A DNA stretch of 64,000 bases. Origin: Flavobacteriaceae bacterium (GTDB lineage: Bacteria > Bacteroidota > Bacteroidia > Flavobacteriales > Flavobacteriaceae). The position numbers and the translations under genes are program-made. The notes below the pieces were generated by a model. The model was given only the letters and a program-made list of their open reading frames with translations, was not told the origin of the DNA and made no database searches. Of this stretch, positions 10,559-21,005 are shown piece after piece. The DNA lies in contig CBDBUX010000018.1 in the NCBI GenBank assembly GCA_965212205.1, positions 91,656 to 155,655 of the forward strand. Reading direction: 5' to 3'. Every line of letters starts with the position of its first letter. Position 1 is the stretch's first letter.

Positions 10559-11587
10559 TTATTTTATAAGAATACTTTTATAGCGTTCCAGATTTTTAAG
10601 TGCAATTCCTGTGCCTCTGACCACTGCCCTTAAAGGATCTTCTGCAATATAAACCGGAAGATCTGTCTTTTGTGACAGCCTGCGATCGAGACCTCTTAAC
10701 ATAGAACCTCCGCCGGCAAGATATATTCCGGTATTATAGATATCCGCGGCCAATTCGGGGGGTGTTTGAGAAAGTGTTTCCATGACCGCATCTTCGACCC
10801 TAAGAATAGACTTATCGAGTGCTTTTGCGATCTCCCTGAAAGAAATCTGAACCTGTTTAGGTTTTCCGGTCAGAAGATCGCGCCCCTGCACCGACATGTC
10901 ATCGGGTGGAGATTGAAGATCTTCAATGGCAGAACCGATCTGTATCTTTATATTCTCAGCCGTGCTTTCCCCCACATATAGATTGTGCTGGGTTCGCATA
11001 TAATAGATGATATCGTTAGTAAACACATCACCTGCAATTTTTACTGATTTGTCGCAAACGATCCCACCAAGCGCAATTACCGCAATTTCCGTGGTACCCC
11101 CTCCGATGTCTACGATCATATTACCTTTGGGTTGCATGATGTCTAACCCGATTCCTATTGCGGCCGCCATGGGTTCGTGAATGAGGTATACCTCTTTCCC
11201 GTTTACCCTTTCTGCAGACTCTTTAACCGCACGCATTTCCACTTCGGTAATCCCCGAAGGAATACAAATAACCATCCGAAGTGCTGGAGGAAACCATTTC
11301 TTCTTAAGGGCGGGGATGTTCTTGATGAACATGTTGATCATTTTTTCCGATGCATCAAAATCTGCGATCACCCCATCTTTAAGCGGCCTTATCGTCTTGA
11401 TGTTTTCATGCGTCTTGCCCTGCATCATATTAGCTTCCTTCCCAACGGCGATGATCTTACCGGTGATCCGGTCCCGGGCCACAATAGATGGACTGTCTAC
11501 CACCACCTTGTCGGCGTGGATGATCAGTGTATTTGCAGTGCCAAGATCGATGGCTATTTCTTCAGTCAGGAAATCAAAAAACCCCAT
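10559..11587 (-). CDS. mreB: Actin-like rod-shape protein MreB
   Basis: 342-aa ORF with the phosphate-1 motif IAIDLGTANT, then DIGGGTTE and LAGGGSMLRGL. Confidence 0.97.
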   Translation of the reverse strand: MGFFDFLTEEIAIDLGTANTLIIHADKVVVDSPSIVARDRITGKIIAVGKEANMMQGKTHENIKTIRPLKDGVIADFDASEKMINMFIKNIPALKKKWFPPALRMVICIPSGITEVEMRAVKESAERVNGKEVYLIHEPMAAAIGIGLDIMQPKGNMIVDIGGGTTEIAVIALGGIVCDKSVKIAGDVFTNDIIYYMRTQHNLYVGESTAENIKIQIGSAIEDLQSPPDDMSVQGRDLLTGKPKQVQISFREIAKALDKSILRVEDAVMETLSQTPPELAADIYNTGIYLAGGGSMLRGLDRRLSQKTDLPVYIAEDPLRAVVRGTGIALKNLERYKSILIK

Positions 11588-11643
11588 GTAAATTAGTTTG
11601 GTTTCGGATTATTGGATTTGGTTTATCGACAAAAGTAGTAAAA

Positions 11644-13176
11644 TTAATGCTTAAAATGACGAGTACCTGTCATGACCATCGCCATGTCGTTTTGGTCGCA
11701 ATAATCTATACTCAACTGATCTTTTATCGATCCCCCGGGCTGTATAACACTTCTTATCCCGGCCGAAAAAGCGATCTCCACACAATCGGGAAATGGAAAG
11801 AAAGCGTCGCTGGCCATCACGGCGCCATCGAGGTCGAAATCGAACGACCGTGCTTTGTGAATGGCCTGATTCAAAGCATCGACCCTGGATGTCTGCCCTG
11901 TACCACTGGCGCATAGCTGACCATTCTTTGCCAGGACAATGGTATTGGACTTGGTGTGTTTGCAGATCTTAGAGGCGAAGATCAAATCGTCTAATTCGCG
12001 CTCAGATGGTTTGTTTTGAGTCACATAATCGAGTTGCTCTTTACTATCGGTTCTATTGTCTTTATCCTGAACAAGGAAACCATTCAAACAGGTTCGTACC
12101 AGTTGATCAGACAATACAACCTTTTTCTGTACAAGTAAGATCCTGTTCTTCTTTCCCTTGAGTATTTCAATAGCGGTTTCCTCGAAAGCCGGTGCGATGA
12201 CCACTTCACAGAATAGTTTATGGATTTCTTCAGCTGTAGACCCATCTATAGGTGAATTGCTTATGAGGATCCCACCGAATGCAGAAACGGGATCTCCAGC
12301 CAAAGCATCGAGATATGCTTCTTTAACCGTACTCCGTCGGGCAAAGCCACAAGCATTATTGTGCTTCAAGATGGCAAACGTTGGTTGTTCGTCTCGAAAC
12401 TCTTCCATCAGATTTACGGCGGCATCTACATCCAGCAAGTTATTGTAGGAGAGCTCCTTCCCATGAAGCTTATCGAAAACAGCATCGAAATCACCGAAAT
12501 AATACCCACGCTGATGTGGATTTTCTCCATATCGTAAAATCTTGCCCTGCTGTTCACTTATTTTAAAGGATCCCAATTCGTCCGAATCGTCGAAATAGTT
12601 AAAAATGGCGGAGTCGTAATGGGAAGAAATATCGAAAGCTTTTCTGGCAAAGCCTTTGCGTTGTTCTAGGCTAGTGCTACCCTGGCCCTCAGAAAGGATA
12701 TTCAAAAATGACCCATAGTCTTCCATGGAAGAAACACATAGTACATCTTTGTAGTTTTTGGCCGCTGCTCTGATTAATGAAATCCCACCTATATCGATCT
12801 TTTCGATGATCTGTTGTTCGCTTGCCCCTTCGGCAACTGTTTTTTCGAAAGGATAAAGGTCTACAATTACAATGTCGAGCTGCGGAATATCATACTCTTC
12901 GAGCTGGGCTACATCGCTTTCCTGGTCTTGCCGATTAAGGATGCCGCCAAAGACCTTGGGGTGTAATGTCTTTACTCTTCCTCCAAGGATGGACGGGTAG
13001 CTGGTGACTTCTTCAACAGGGATGACTTCGACACCTAGTTCTTTGATGTATTTTTCGGTGCCACCTGTAGAGTATATGGTAACGCCGAGATCGTCTAGCT
13101 TTCTCACAATGGGCTCAAGGCCATCTTTATGGAAAACAGATATCAGTGCGGTAGAGGCCTTTTTTATTGTGCTCAT
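11644..13176 (-). CDS. purH: Bifunctional AICAR formyltransferase / IMP cyclohydrolase PurH
   Basis: 510-aa ORF with an MGS-like N-terminus (ALISVFHKDGL..STGGT), KTLHPKVFGGIL and the C-terminal AICARFT domain ending MTGTRHFKH. Confidence 0.97.
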   Translation of the reverse strand: MSTIKKASTALISVFHKDGLEPIVRKLDDLGVTIYSTGGTEKYIKELGVEVIPVEEVTSYPSILGGRVKTLHPKVFGGILNRQDQESDVAQLEEYDIPQLDIVIVDLYPFEKTVAEGASEQQIIEKIDIGGISLIRAAAKNYKDVLCVSSMEDYGSFLNILSEGQGSTSLEQRKGFARKAFDISSHYDSAIFNYFDDSDELGSFKISEQQGKILRYGENPHQRGYYFGDFDAVFDKLHGKELSYNNLLDVDAAVNLMEEFRDEQPTFAILKHNNACGFARRSTVKEAYLDALAGDPVSAFGGILISNSPIDGSTAEEIHKLFCEVVIAPAFEETAIEILKGKKNRILLVQKKVVLSDQLVRTCLNGFLVQDKDNRTDSKEQLDYVTQNKPSERELDDLIFASKICKHTKSNTIVLAKNGQLCASGTGQTSRVDALNQAIHKARSFDFDLDGAVMASDAFFPFPDCVEIAFSAGIRSVIQPGGSIKDQLSIDYCDQNDMAMVMTGTRHFKH

Positions 13177-13255
13177 TTTAGTGGGATTAAGGAAACAAAT
13201 GTAAACTTTTGGCTGCTAAATGGGTAGTTGTGTTATTAACAAAATCCGGAAAGTT

Positions 13256-13723
13256 TTAAAGAATTTTGGCTACCTCCCGGTTGATGAATTCAAGAAAACG
13301 CTCATCCTCTTCTGTAAAGGGATCGAGCGATTCTGAATCTATATCGATCTGGCCAATATTTTCCCCATCTTTAAAAAGAGGAACGACGATCTCAGATTTT
13401 ACATCAAGACCACAAGCGATATAGTTTTCCTGGGCTGACACATCGGGTACTACAAAATTCTCATTGCTTTCGGCCACCTGTCCGCAAATCCCTTTCCCAA
13501 AGGGAATGATGGTATGATCGGTCGGAGCTCCGGCAAAAGGACCCAGCTTGAGTTCTTGCTTATCACCATTTTTAAAATAGAAACCCACCCAGTTGTAGTA
13601 AGGGATATTTGATCGAAGAAGGACACAAATCTTTTCCAGCCGGGAATTGGTGTCCAGTCTGGAATGATGTAATATTGAGGTTACCTGAGGCCTAAGTTTC
13701 TGATGCATTTCGACTTTTTCCAA
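13256..13723 (-). CDS. GAF-domain protein, free methionine-(R)-sulfoxide reductase-like (fRMsr/YebR type)
   Basis: 155-aa single-GAF ORF with the Cys pattern I associate with fRMsr: GKGICGQVA..., IACGLDVKSEIVVPL. Confidence 0.75.
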   Translation of the reverse strand: MEKVEMHQKLRPQVTSILHHSRLDTNSRLEKICVLLRSNIPYYNWVGFYFKNGDKQELKLGPFAGAPTDHTIIPFGKGICGQVAESNENFVVPDVSAQENYIACGLDVKSEIVVPLFKDGENIGQIDIDSESLDPFTEEDERFLEFINREVAKIL

Positions 13724-13829
13724 AATTAAAAAATCAGCTGTTTCGATTAGGAATAATTACGCTAAAATTGCGTTAATACAATGCGTCTCAACAACTTTGG
13801 GCAGTTTTTTTTGTAATTTTACACCCGTT

Positions 13830-14240
13830 ATGAAATTCCTTCGGAATCTTGGCATTAAGTTACTCGCTACCCTGGTAGTTCTTTCGAGTCTTTCCTGGAC
13901 TATGGAGGAACATTATTGTATGGGTCGCCTGGTAGATGTAGCCATCTTTGGGGAATCGCATGGTTGTGGTATGGAAATGGAGAATTCCCTGCCCGGGCAG
14001 GATCAGGAGAAAAACACTTCCTGTTGCGATGAACAAATTGTTGTTTTCGATGGCCAGGATCAGCTTAAACTGAATAAAGATCATATAGAATTTTCGCAGC
14101 CCATTCTCAGTGTCTGCTGGTACTATGTTTATAGCACTTTCCTGCAAACTTCACCTGATCTGATTCCACCCGCTGAATATCCACCACCTCCGGTGTATGT
14201 GAGGGATATACAACTCCTCGATGAGATATTCTTAATTTGA
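13830..14240 (+). CDS. Small Cys/His/Met-rich envelope protein of HYC_CC_PP type, function unknown
   Basis: The ORF track starts at a TTG at 13797, but the ATG at 13830 gives MKFLRNLGIKLLATLVVLSS, a signal/anchor sequence. Motifs: EEHYCMG, HGCGMEMEN, SCCDEQ, and a C-terminal PPAEYPPPPV tract. Confidence 0.6.
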   Translation: MKFLRNLGIKLLATLVVLSSLSWTMEEHYCMGRLVDVAIFGESHGCGMEMENSLPGQDQEKNTSCCDEQIVVFDGQDQLKLNKDHIEFSQPILSVCWYYVYSTFLQTSPDLIPPAEYPPPPVYVRDIQLLDEIFLI

Positions 14241-14249
14241 TTTTTGACT

Positions 14250-14332
14250 TCAGATCTTGAGTAGGATTCCCGCAATGGTGTAATTCGAAACTCAGATCTG
14301 ATTACTACTCCATTTTCACTCCGCTAGGAGTG
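14250..14332 (+). promoter_or_regulatory. Structured intergenic element between the HYC_CC_PP gene and the TonB-dependent receptor gene
   Basis: Inverted repeat TCAGATCTTGAGT (14250-14262) / ACTCAGATCTGA (14290-14301): 12 bp with one bulge and a 27-nt loop. Followed by hairpin CACTCC-GCTA-GGAGTG (14317-14332) and T-rich TATTCCATTTTATTC. Confidence 0.4.
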
Positions 14333-14378
14333 TATTCCATTTTATTCTAAGAAAAATCAAATTTGTATATCACAATCA

Positions 14379-16619
14379 ATGAAACAACTTTTATTAACCA
14401 TAGTATGCTTTCAGCTAGGCGTTTTGAGTTATGCCCAGGAAGCAATTAGCGGCACGGTAAGAGAATCCGATGGTACAGCAGCTCAACCAGGATTGGCAGG
14501 GGTAAACGTGTATTGGCAGGATTCGCAAATCGGGACGGTTACGGACCAGGATGGACATTTTAGCATCCCGTATTCAGCCGAGTACAACAGGCTTATAATA
14601 AGTCATGTTGGGTATCGCACCGACACCTTAATCATAGATGGCCCACAATTAATCCAACATTTTCTGCGATCCGAAAATCAATTAGATGAGGTAGTGCTGG
14701 AACAGGAAAAAGAAGCCGTACAAAAGGCTTTTTATACCACACAGAATGTGGTAACGGTAAATAGTGCTGAATTGCTCAAGGCAGCCTGCTGTAATCTTTC
14801 AGAAAGCTTTGAAACCAATCCGGCCATCGATGTGAATTTCAATGACGCGCTTACAGGAACCAAACAGATCCAGATGCTCGGACTTACCAGCCCATACCTT
14901 CTGATCACCCAGGAAAATATTCCGATGGTCAGAGGTGCCTCCCAGACCTACGGGCTTACCTTTACGCCCGGTACATGGATAGAGAGTATACAGATCACCA
15001 AAGGTGCCGGTAGTGTGATGAATGGATATGAATCCATATCCGGGCAGATCAATACGGAGTTGCTAAAACCCTCCGATGAGGAATTGCTTTTTATCAATGG
15101 ATACGCCAATAGGAACGGGCGCCTCGAACTCAATACCCATCTTAATGGCAAATTGAACGAAAAGTGGAGTACGGGCCTATTCATTCATGGGAATCGAAGG
15201 GATACAAAAGTAGACAACAACGGGGATGGATTTTTAGACGCACCACTGGCCAACCAGATCAATCTGATGAATCGTTGGCAGTTTCAGGATGCTGACAGGG
15301 GTTGGATAAGCTTTTTTAACCTTCGCTATCTGAGAGATCAGAAGCAGATTGGGGAATCGGTTTTTAATCCGGAAAGCGATCGCTTAACAACAAATGCCTG
15401 GGGTGGTGAGATCGAAACCAACAGGTGGGATGCCTCCCTTAAATTAGGTTATGTCTTTCCCGACATGCCCTATCAAAGTATTGGATTTCAGGTCGCTTAC
15501 AGTGGTCATGTTCAGGAATCCTATTTTGGGTTCAACCGCTATGATATCGATCATAATTCGGCCTATTCCAATCTGTTGTTCAATTCTATTATCGGAGATA
15601 CAAGGAATACCTTTAAAACAGGAATTACGCTGGCTTATGATAGTTATGAAGAAGGAGTAAACACCCAGGAATTCAGTCGGGTAGACCGGTCGGCGGGGGC
15701 CTTTTTCGAATACAGCTATACCAATCTCGAAAAAATTAGTCTTACGGCGGGAATCCGGATGGATTTCCATAACCGGCTTGGGAATTTTATCACTCCACGC
15801 CTACACCTCCGATATACCCCATGGGAGAGAGGAAGCCTAAGAGGGTCTGTGGGCAGAGGCAGGCGTGCTGCCAATATTTTTGCTGAAAACCAGCAATTGT
15901 TCGCTTCCTCCCGTCAAATTCAATTACTGGATTCCGGTGGAAGTATATATGGATTGGATCCGGAGGATGCCTGGAATTTTGGTTTGAGTTTCCTGCAGGG
16001 ATTTAATTTGTTCGGGCGTAGCGGGGATATCAGTCTTGATTATTACCGCACAGACTTCCGGAACCAAATCGTTGTTGATTGGGAGATTCCTACGGAGATC
16101 TCCTTTTATAACCTGGATGGTAAAAGCATCGCCAACAGTTTTCAATTTGAGATCAATTACGAGGTATTACCCCGCCTGGAGTTGCGAACGGCTTATAAAT
16201 ATTACGACGTACGAATAGATTATAACAGTGGGAATTTGCAGAAACCCCTGCAAGCGCGTAATCGATTCTTTGCCAACCTGGGTTATAATACTGCAGTCAC
16301 TGAAAAAGACAGACAGTGGCGCTTGGACTATACATTGCATAGCCTTGGCAAACAAAGGCTGCCAAACACTTCGACCAATCCCGAACCGTTTAGGCTACCG
16401 GCATTTTCGGATCCCTATAGCCTGATGAATGCTCAGGTTACAAGAGTATTTTCAAAGAAGTTTGAGGCATATGTGGGAGCGGAAAACATTACAGATGTAA
16501 AACAACCGAATCCGGTGCTGGCAGCGAATGATCCTTTTGGCCCGTATTTTGATACCAGTATCGTATATGCTCCGGTTTTAGGAAGTATGTATTATGTTGG
16601 CTTCAGGTTTAATTTATGA
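14379..16619 (+). CDS. TonB-dependent outer-membrane receptor with N-terminal CarboxypepD_reg-like domain
   Basis: 746-aa ORF with a signal peptide, a carboxypeptidase-regulatory-like domain (ISGTVRESDG..VTDQDGHFSI) and a plug region containing KAACCNLSESFETNPAIDV. Long beta-barrel ending in aromatic YYVGFRFNL. Confidence 0.9.
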   Translation: MKQLLLTIVCFQLGVLSYAQEAISGTVRESDGTAAQPGLAGVNVYWQDSQIGTVTDQDGHFSIPYSAEYNRLIISHVGYRTDTLIIDGPQLIQHFLRSENQLDEVVLEQEKEAVQKAFYTTQNVVTVNSAELLKAACCNLSESFETNPAIDVNFNDALTGTKQIQMLGLTSPYLLITQENIPMVRGASQTYGLTFTPGTWIESIQITKGAGSVMNGYESISGQINTELLKPSDEELLFINGYANRNGRLELNTHLNGKLNEKWSTGLFIHGNRRDTKVDNNGDGFLDAPLANQINLMNRWQFQDADRGWISFFNLRYLRDQKQIGESVFNPESDRLTTNAWGGEIETNRWDASLKLGYVFPDMPYQSIGFQVAYSGHVQESYFGFNRYDIDHNSAYSNLLFNSIIGDTRNTFKTGITLAYDSYEEGVNTQEFSRVDRSAGAFFEYSYTNLEKISLTAGIRMDFHNRLGNFITPRLHLRYTPWERGSLRGSVGRGRRAANIFAENQQLFASSRQIQLLDSGGSIYGLDPEDAWNFGLSFLQGFNLFGRSGDISLDYYRTDFRNQIVVDWEIPTEISFYNLDGKSIANSFQFEINYEVLPRLELRTAYKYYDVRIDYNSGNLQKPLQARNRFFANLGYNTAVTEKDRQWRLDYTLHSLGKQRLPNTSTNPEPFRLPAFSDPYSLMNAQVTRVFSKKFEAYVGAENITDVKQPNPVLAANDPFGPYFDTSIVYAPVLGSMYYVGFRFNL

Positions 16620-16647
16620 ATTTGACTAACTTTAAAATAAAAACAAG

Positions 16648-17022
16648 ATGAAAATGCGAATATTGATCACATTCCTGTTTACCCTAATTATCGGATCGGC
16701 GATGGCACAGGAGAAAAATAAAAAAATATCCTTTGTGGTCGACGGCAAATGTGAAATGTGCAAGATGCGGATAGAGAAAGCCGCCTTACAGGTACAGGGG
16801 GTAAAATATGCATCGTGGGATATTCCATCTCATGAGCTATCCTTGATTATCGACGAGCGCAAAACCAATTCGATGAAGATTAAGACCGCTTTGGTGAATG
16901 TGGGGCACGATACACAAGAACTCAAGGCTTCTGAAGAAGCCTATGACAAAATCCATCCTTGCTGTAAATACAGGGAAGACAATACTGACGATAGTAAGGA
17001 GCATAAAAAAAACCGTCCATAA
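16648..17022 (+). CDS. Secreted heavy-metal-associated (HMA) domain protein
   Basis: 124-aa ORF with a signal peptide (..IIGSAMAQ). HMA-like fold with GKCEMCKMRIEKA (CxxC) and a second HPCC motif near the C-terminus. Confidence 0.8.
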   Translation: MKMRILITFLFTLIIGSAMAQEKNKKISFVVDGKCEMCKMRIEKAALQVQGVKYASWDIPSHELSLIIDERKTNSMKIKTALVNVGHDTQELKASEEAYDKIHPCCKYREDNTDDSKEHKKNRP

Positions 17023-17036
17023 CAGGACGGTTTTTT
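17005..17036. terminator. Bidirectional intrinsic terminator between the HMA gene and groEL
   Basis: AAAAAAAA-CCGTCC-ATAACA-GGACGG-TTTTTT. The perfect 6-bp GC-rich stem has an A-run on one side and a T-run on the other, so it can serve both convergent genes. It overlaps the HMA stop codon. Confidence 0.75.
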
Positions 17037-17059
17037 GTGTGATTTCAAGGAACAATGAT

Positions 17060-18990
<1,931 letters not shown>

Positions 18991-19068
18991 ATTTATAGTT
19001 TTTAGATTATCGATTATCGCTTTCTGTTAGTCAGAAATTATGCCATAGTGCAAAACTGACATTTTGTT

Positions 19069-19101
19069 AAATAAAAATGCCAGCTTGTCATTTGAGCTGG
19101 C
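19069..19101 (-). terminator. Intrinsic terminator after secG
   Basis: On the minus strand: GCCAGCT-CAAATGACA-AGCTGGC (7-bp stem) followed by ATTTTTATTT, 25 nt after the secG stop. Confidence 0.65.
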
Positions 19102-19125
19102 ATATTCGATTGATATTTTCAAAAT

Positions 19126-19494
19126 TTACTGAATCGTGTCAATCGGATTTACCCCATCCTGTGCGGGCATTTCCTCAGGAACTTCTTCAGGAACGGTTTC
19201 AGGAACCGAATTTTCAATATCATCTCCCTGCAGCAACTTGGATTCTGCATCCGCGAAATTTCCTTTGATCGCCACATTGGAGAGCAAGATCAGAACTACC
19301 AACAAAGTGGCAAGAGTCCAGGTACTTTTATCAAGAAAATCCCCTGTTTTCTTTACTCCTCCAACAATCTGGTTACCACCTCCACCAAAGGAAGAAGAAA
19401 GGCCTCCACCTTTTGGGTTCTGTACCATGACCACCAATACCAGCAGGAAACATACGGCGATAATCAGGATTAGGAATATGGTGAATGTACTCAT
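19126..19494 (-). CDS. secG: Preprotein translocase subunit SecG
   Basis: 122-aa ORF with two TM helices flanking a Gly-rich loop (QNPKGGGLSSSFGGGGNQIVG). Confidence 0.85.
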   Translation of the reverse strand: MSTFTIFLILIIAVCFLLVLVVMVQNPKGGGLSSSFGGGGNQIVGGVKKTGDFLDKSTWTLATLLVVLILLSNVAIKGNFADAESKLLQGDDIENSVPETVPEEVPEEMPAQDGVNPIDTIQ

Positions 19495-20421
19495 CTATTT
19501 CAAATTTTCTTTTTGTATCTGCTTTACCGCTTTTATGCGGTCTGCAAAGAAACCACTTTTTTCCGGATATTTCAAACTTAAGATCCGGTACGATTGAATG
19601 GCCTTTTTATACTTTTTTTGTTCGAGATAGACCTTGGCCAGCGTCTCGGTCATTAATTCATCTTCCCTGAGTTTTTCAGAGGATTTTACATCCGCAATAG
19701 GTGCGTCCATATCGGGCTCGATCTTGTGGTCCGCTTCTATGAATTTATCGATAAGTTCAAATTTGCGTTTTTTGGCTGTCTTGTCTTCGGAGGGGGTATG
19801 GAGTTCCTTTAATTCCCCTTCTTTTTCGTCATCTTCTTTGCGCACAGATTTCAGTGACGTTAGCTGCAACCATTCTCCAAACGAATGCTTTTCCTTTCTG
19901 GTAAATGGCAGGGGCTTGCCCAAATCCAGAGAATCTTCGGCTTTTTGTCTTTTTTCCTTTGCCAATTGCTGGTCGATCTCCGGGTCTTTGGATTTGAAAA
20001 GTGACGGATCCAGGATCTGATCGGCATCTTGTACCGAGCGGGGCAGAGGTTCATCGGAAGATTCTTCGATCATCTCGGTATCTGCATCAGGGTTGGGGAG
20101 CACGTCTTCTGAGATCGTCTCTTGTTCTGAGAGGGGTGCTGTTTTACCGGAAATAGTATCCGCGATACTATTTTGAAGAAATTCTTCGGAGGTGATAAAA
20201 TCGAAAAGCACATCCCTGTCGGCGGTATAAGCCGCTGTAATTTTTAACGCTTTGTTATATTTAAAGCTGTTGAGGTTATTCAGCCCTTTTAACTGTAAAG
20301 CACGCGCCGTTTGAAAATAAGGGTAATCTATCAATACATCTTCTAACTGACGGGTCTGAGCAGCACTGACCATCTCATTGGGAAATTGCAGCAGATGTGT
20401 AAATTCGTTTACCTTCATCAA
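19495..20421 (-). CDS. Conserved hypothetical protein with an acidic/Lys-rich centre and a C-terminal TPR-like helix pair
   Basis: 308-aa ORF with no signal peptide. C-terminus reads LAKVYLEQKKYKKAIQSYRILSLKYPEKSGFFADRIKAV. Its stop abuts the secG start with 0 nt between them. Confidence 0.6.
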   Translation of the reverse strand: MMKVNEFTHLLQFPNEMVSAAQTRQLEDVLIDYPYFQTARALQLKGLNNLNSFKYNKALKITAAYTADRDVLFDFITSEEFLQNSIADTISGKTAPLSEQETISEDVLPNPDADTEMIEESSDEPLPRSVQDADQILDPSLFKSKDPEIDQQLAKEKRQKAEDSLDLGKPLPFTRKEKHSFGEWLQLTSLKSVRKEDDEKEGELKELHTPSEDKTAKKRKFELIDKFIEADHKIEPDMDAPIADVKSSEKLREDELMTETLAKVYLEQKKYKKAIQSYRILSLKYPEKSGFFADRIKAVKQIQKENLK

Positions 20422-20433
20422 TTGGGTTTAAAC

Positions 20434-20964
20434 TTACCAGTTGGCAAGAGATGCATTAAAAATGTCCTGGGTTAGACGTTCAAAAATAACCTGATGTGCC
20501 TCGTCGCGAACTGAAGCGAGTTGGGAATTGGCATCATAGTCGAAAAAGAAGCTAAACCGTTGTTCGAAATCTGTATCCTCCTTGGTTTTATTATAAAACC
20601 GTACCTGAATGCTCATCGTTAATCTGTTTTGAGCTGCACGTTGTTCGGCCGTGGCAGTCATCGGGGATACCCTATACTCCACGATCTCGCCTTCATAAAG
20701 TAAATCTCCGCTGGAAGTAACAAGGTCCAGACTTGTCTGGCTCAGGATCAAATCCTGCAAGGCCAGCGTAAATTCGCGGTCGAGGCCAGGGTCGAAGGTA
20801 GAACCCGGACTTTGGGTGGCATAATTCTGGAAATAACTTACCTGGAACGTTTCGGCGCTTCCCACATCACCTCCTGTAAAGTTATAAACTCCACAGCCCG
20901 AAAGGCAGCTAAACATCATCAGAGAATAGAATATCGCCAAGGATTTTTTAAATATCACACCCAT
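20434..20964 (-). CDS. LptE-like outer-membrane lipoprotein
   Basis: The ORF extends to a GTG at 21009, but the ATG at 20964 gives MGVIFKKSLAIFYSLMMFSCLSGC, a classic lipoprotein signal. The mature part (CGVYNFTGG..FQVSYFQNYA) resembles Bacteroidota LptE-family proteins. Confidence 0.6.
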   Translation of the reverse strand: MGVIFKKSLAIFYSLMMFSCLSGCGVYNFTGGDVGSAETFQVSYFQNYATQSPGSTFDPGLDREFTLALQDLILSQTSLDLVTSSGDLLYEGEIVEYRVSPMTATAEQRAAQNRLTMSIQVRFYNKTKEDTDFEQRFSFFFDYDANSQLASVRDEAHQVIFERLTQDIFNASLANW

Positions 20965-21005
20965 CTTATTTGAAATATGGTTCAATATAACCATGTTCCT
21001 TTTGC

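Noticed and set aside
11177-11916. Plus-strand ORFs of 129-139 aa over mreB and the purH 3' end.
   Set aside because: They are antisense shadows of mreB and purH. Two of them overlap each other in different frames.
13177-13255. Looked for a ZTP (pfl) riboswitch upstream of purH.
   Set aside because: Only 79 nt are available, and I could not find the conserved GGGTCGTGAC / CCGGGCGGAC / CGCCTGGGCA-type elements on the minus strand.
14241-14378. Considered a cobalamin or other known riboswitch in front of the TonB-dependent receptor.
   Set aside because: The spacer is too short for a cobalamin riboswitch and has no B12-box-like GCCACTG. It is reported only as an unclassified structured spacer.
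18991-19125. Looked for a CIRCE element (TTAGCACTC-N9-GAGTGCTAA) or sigma-54 -24/-12 boxes upstream of groES. TGGCAT occurs near 19097.
   Set aside because: There is no CIRCE match. The TGGCAT is part of the secG terminator stem and is not followed by TTGC at the correct spacing.
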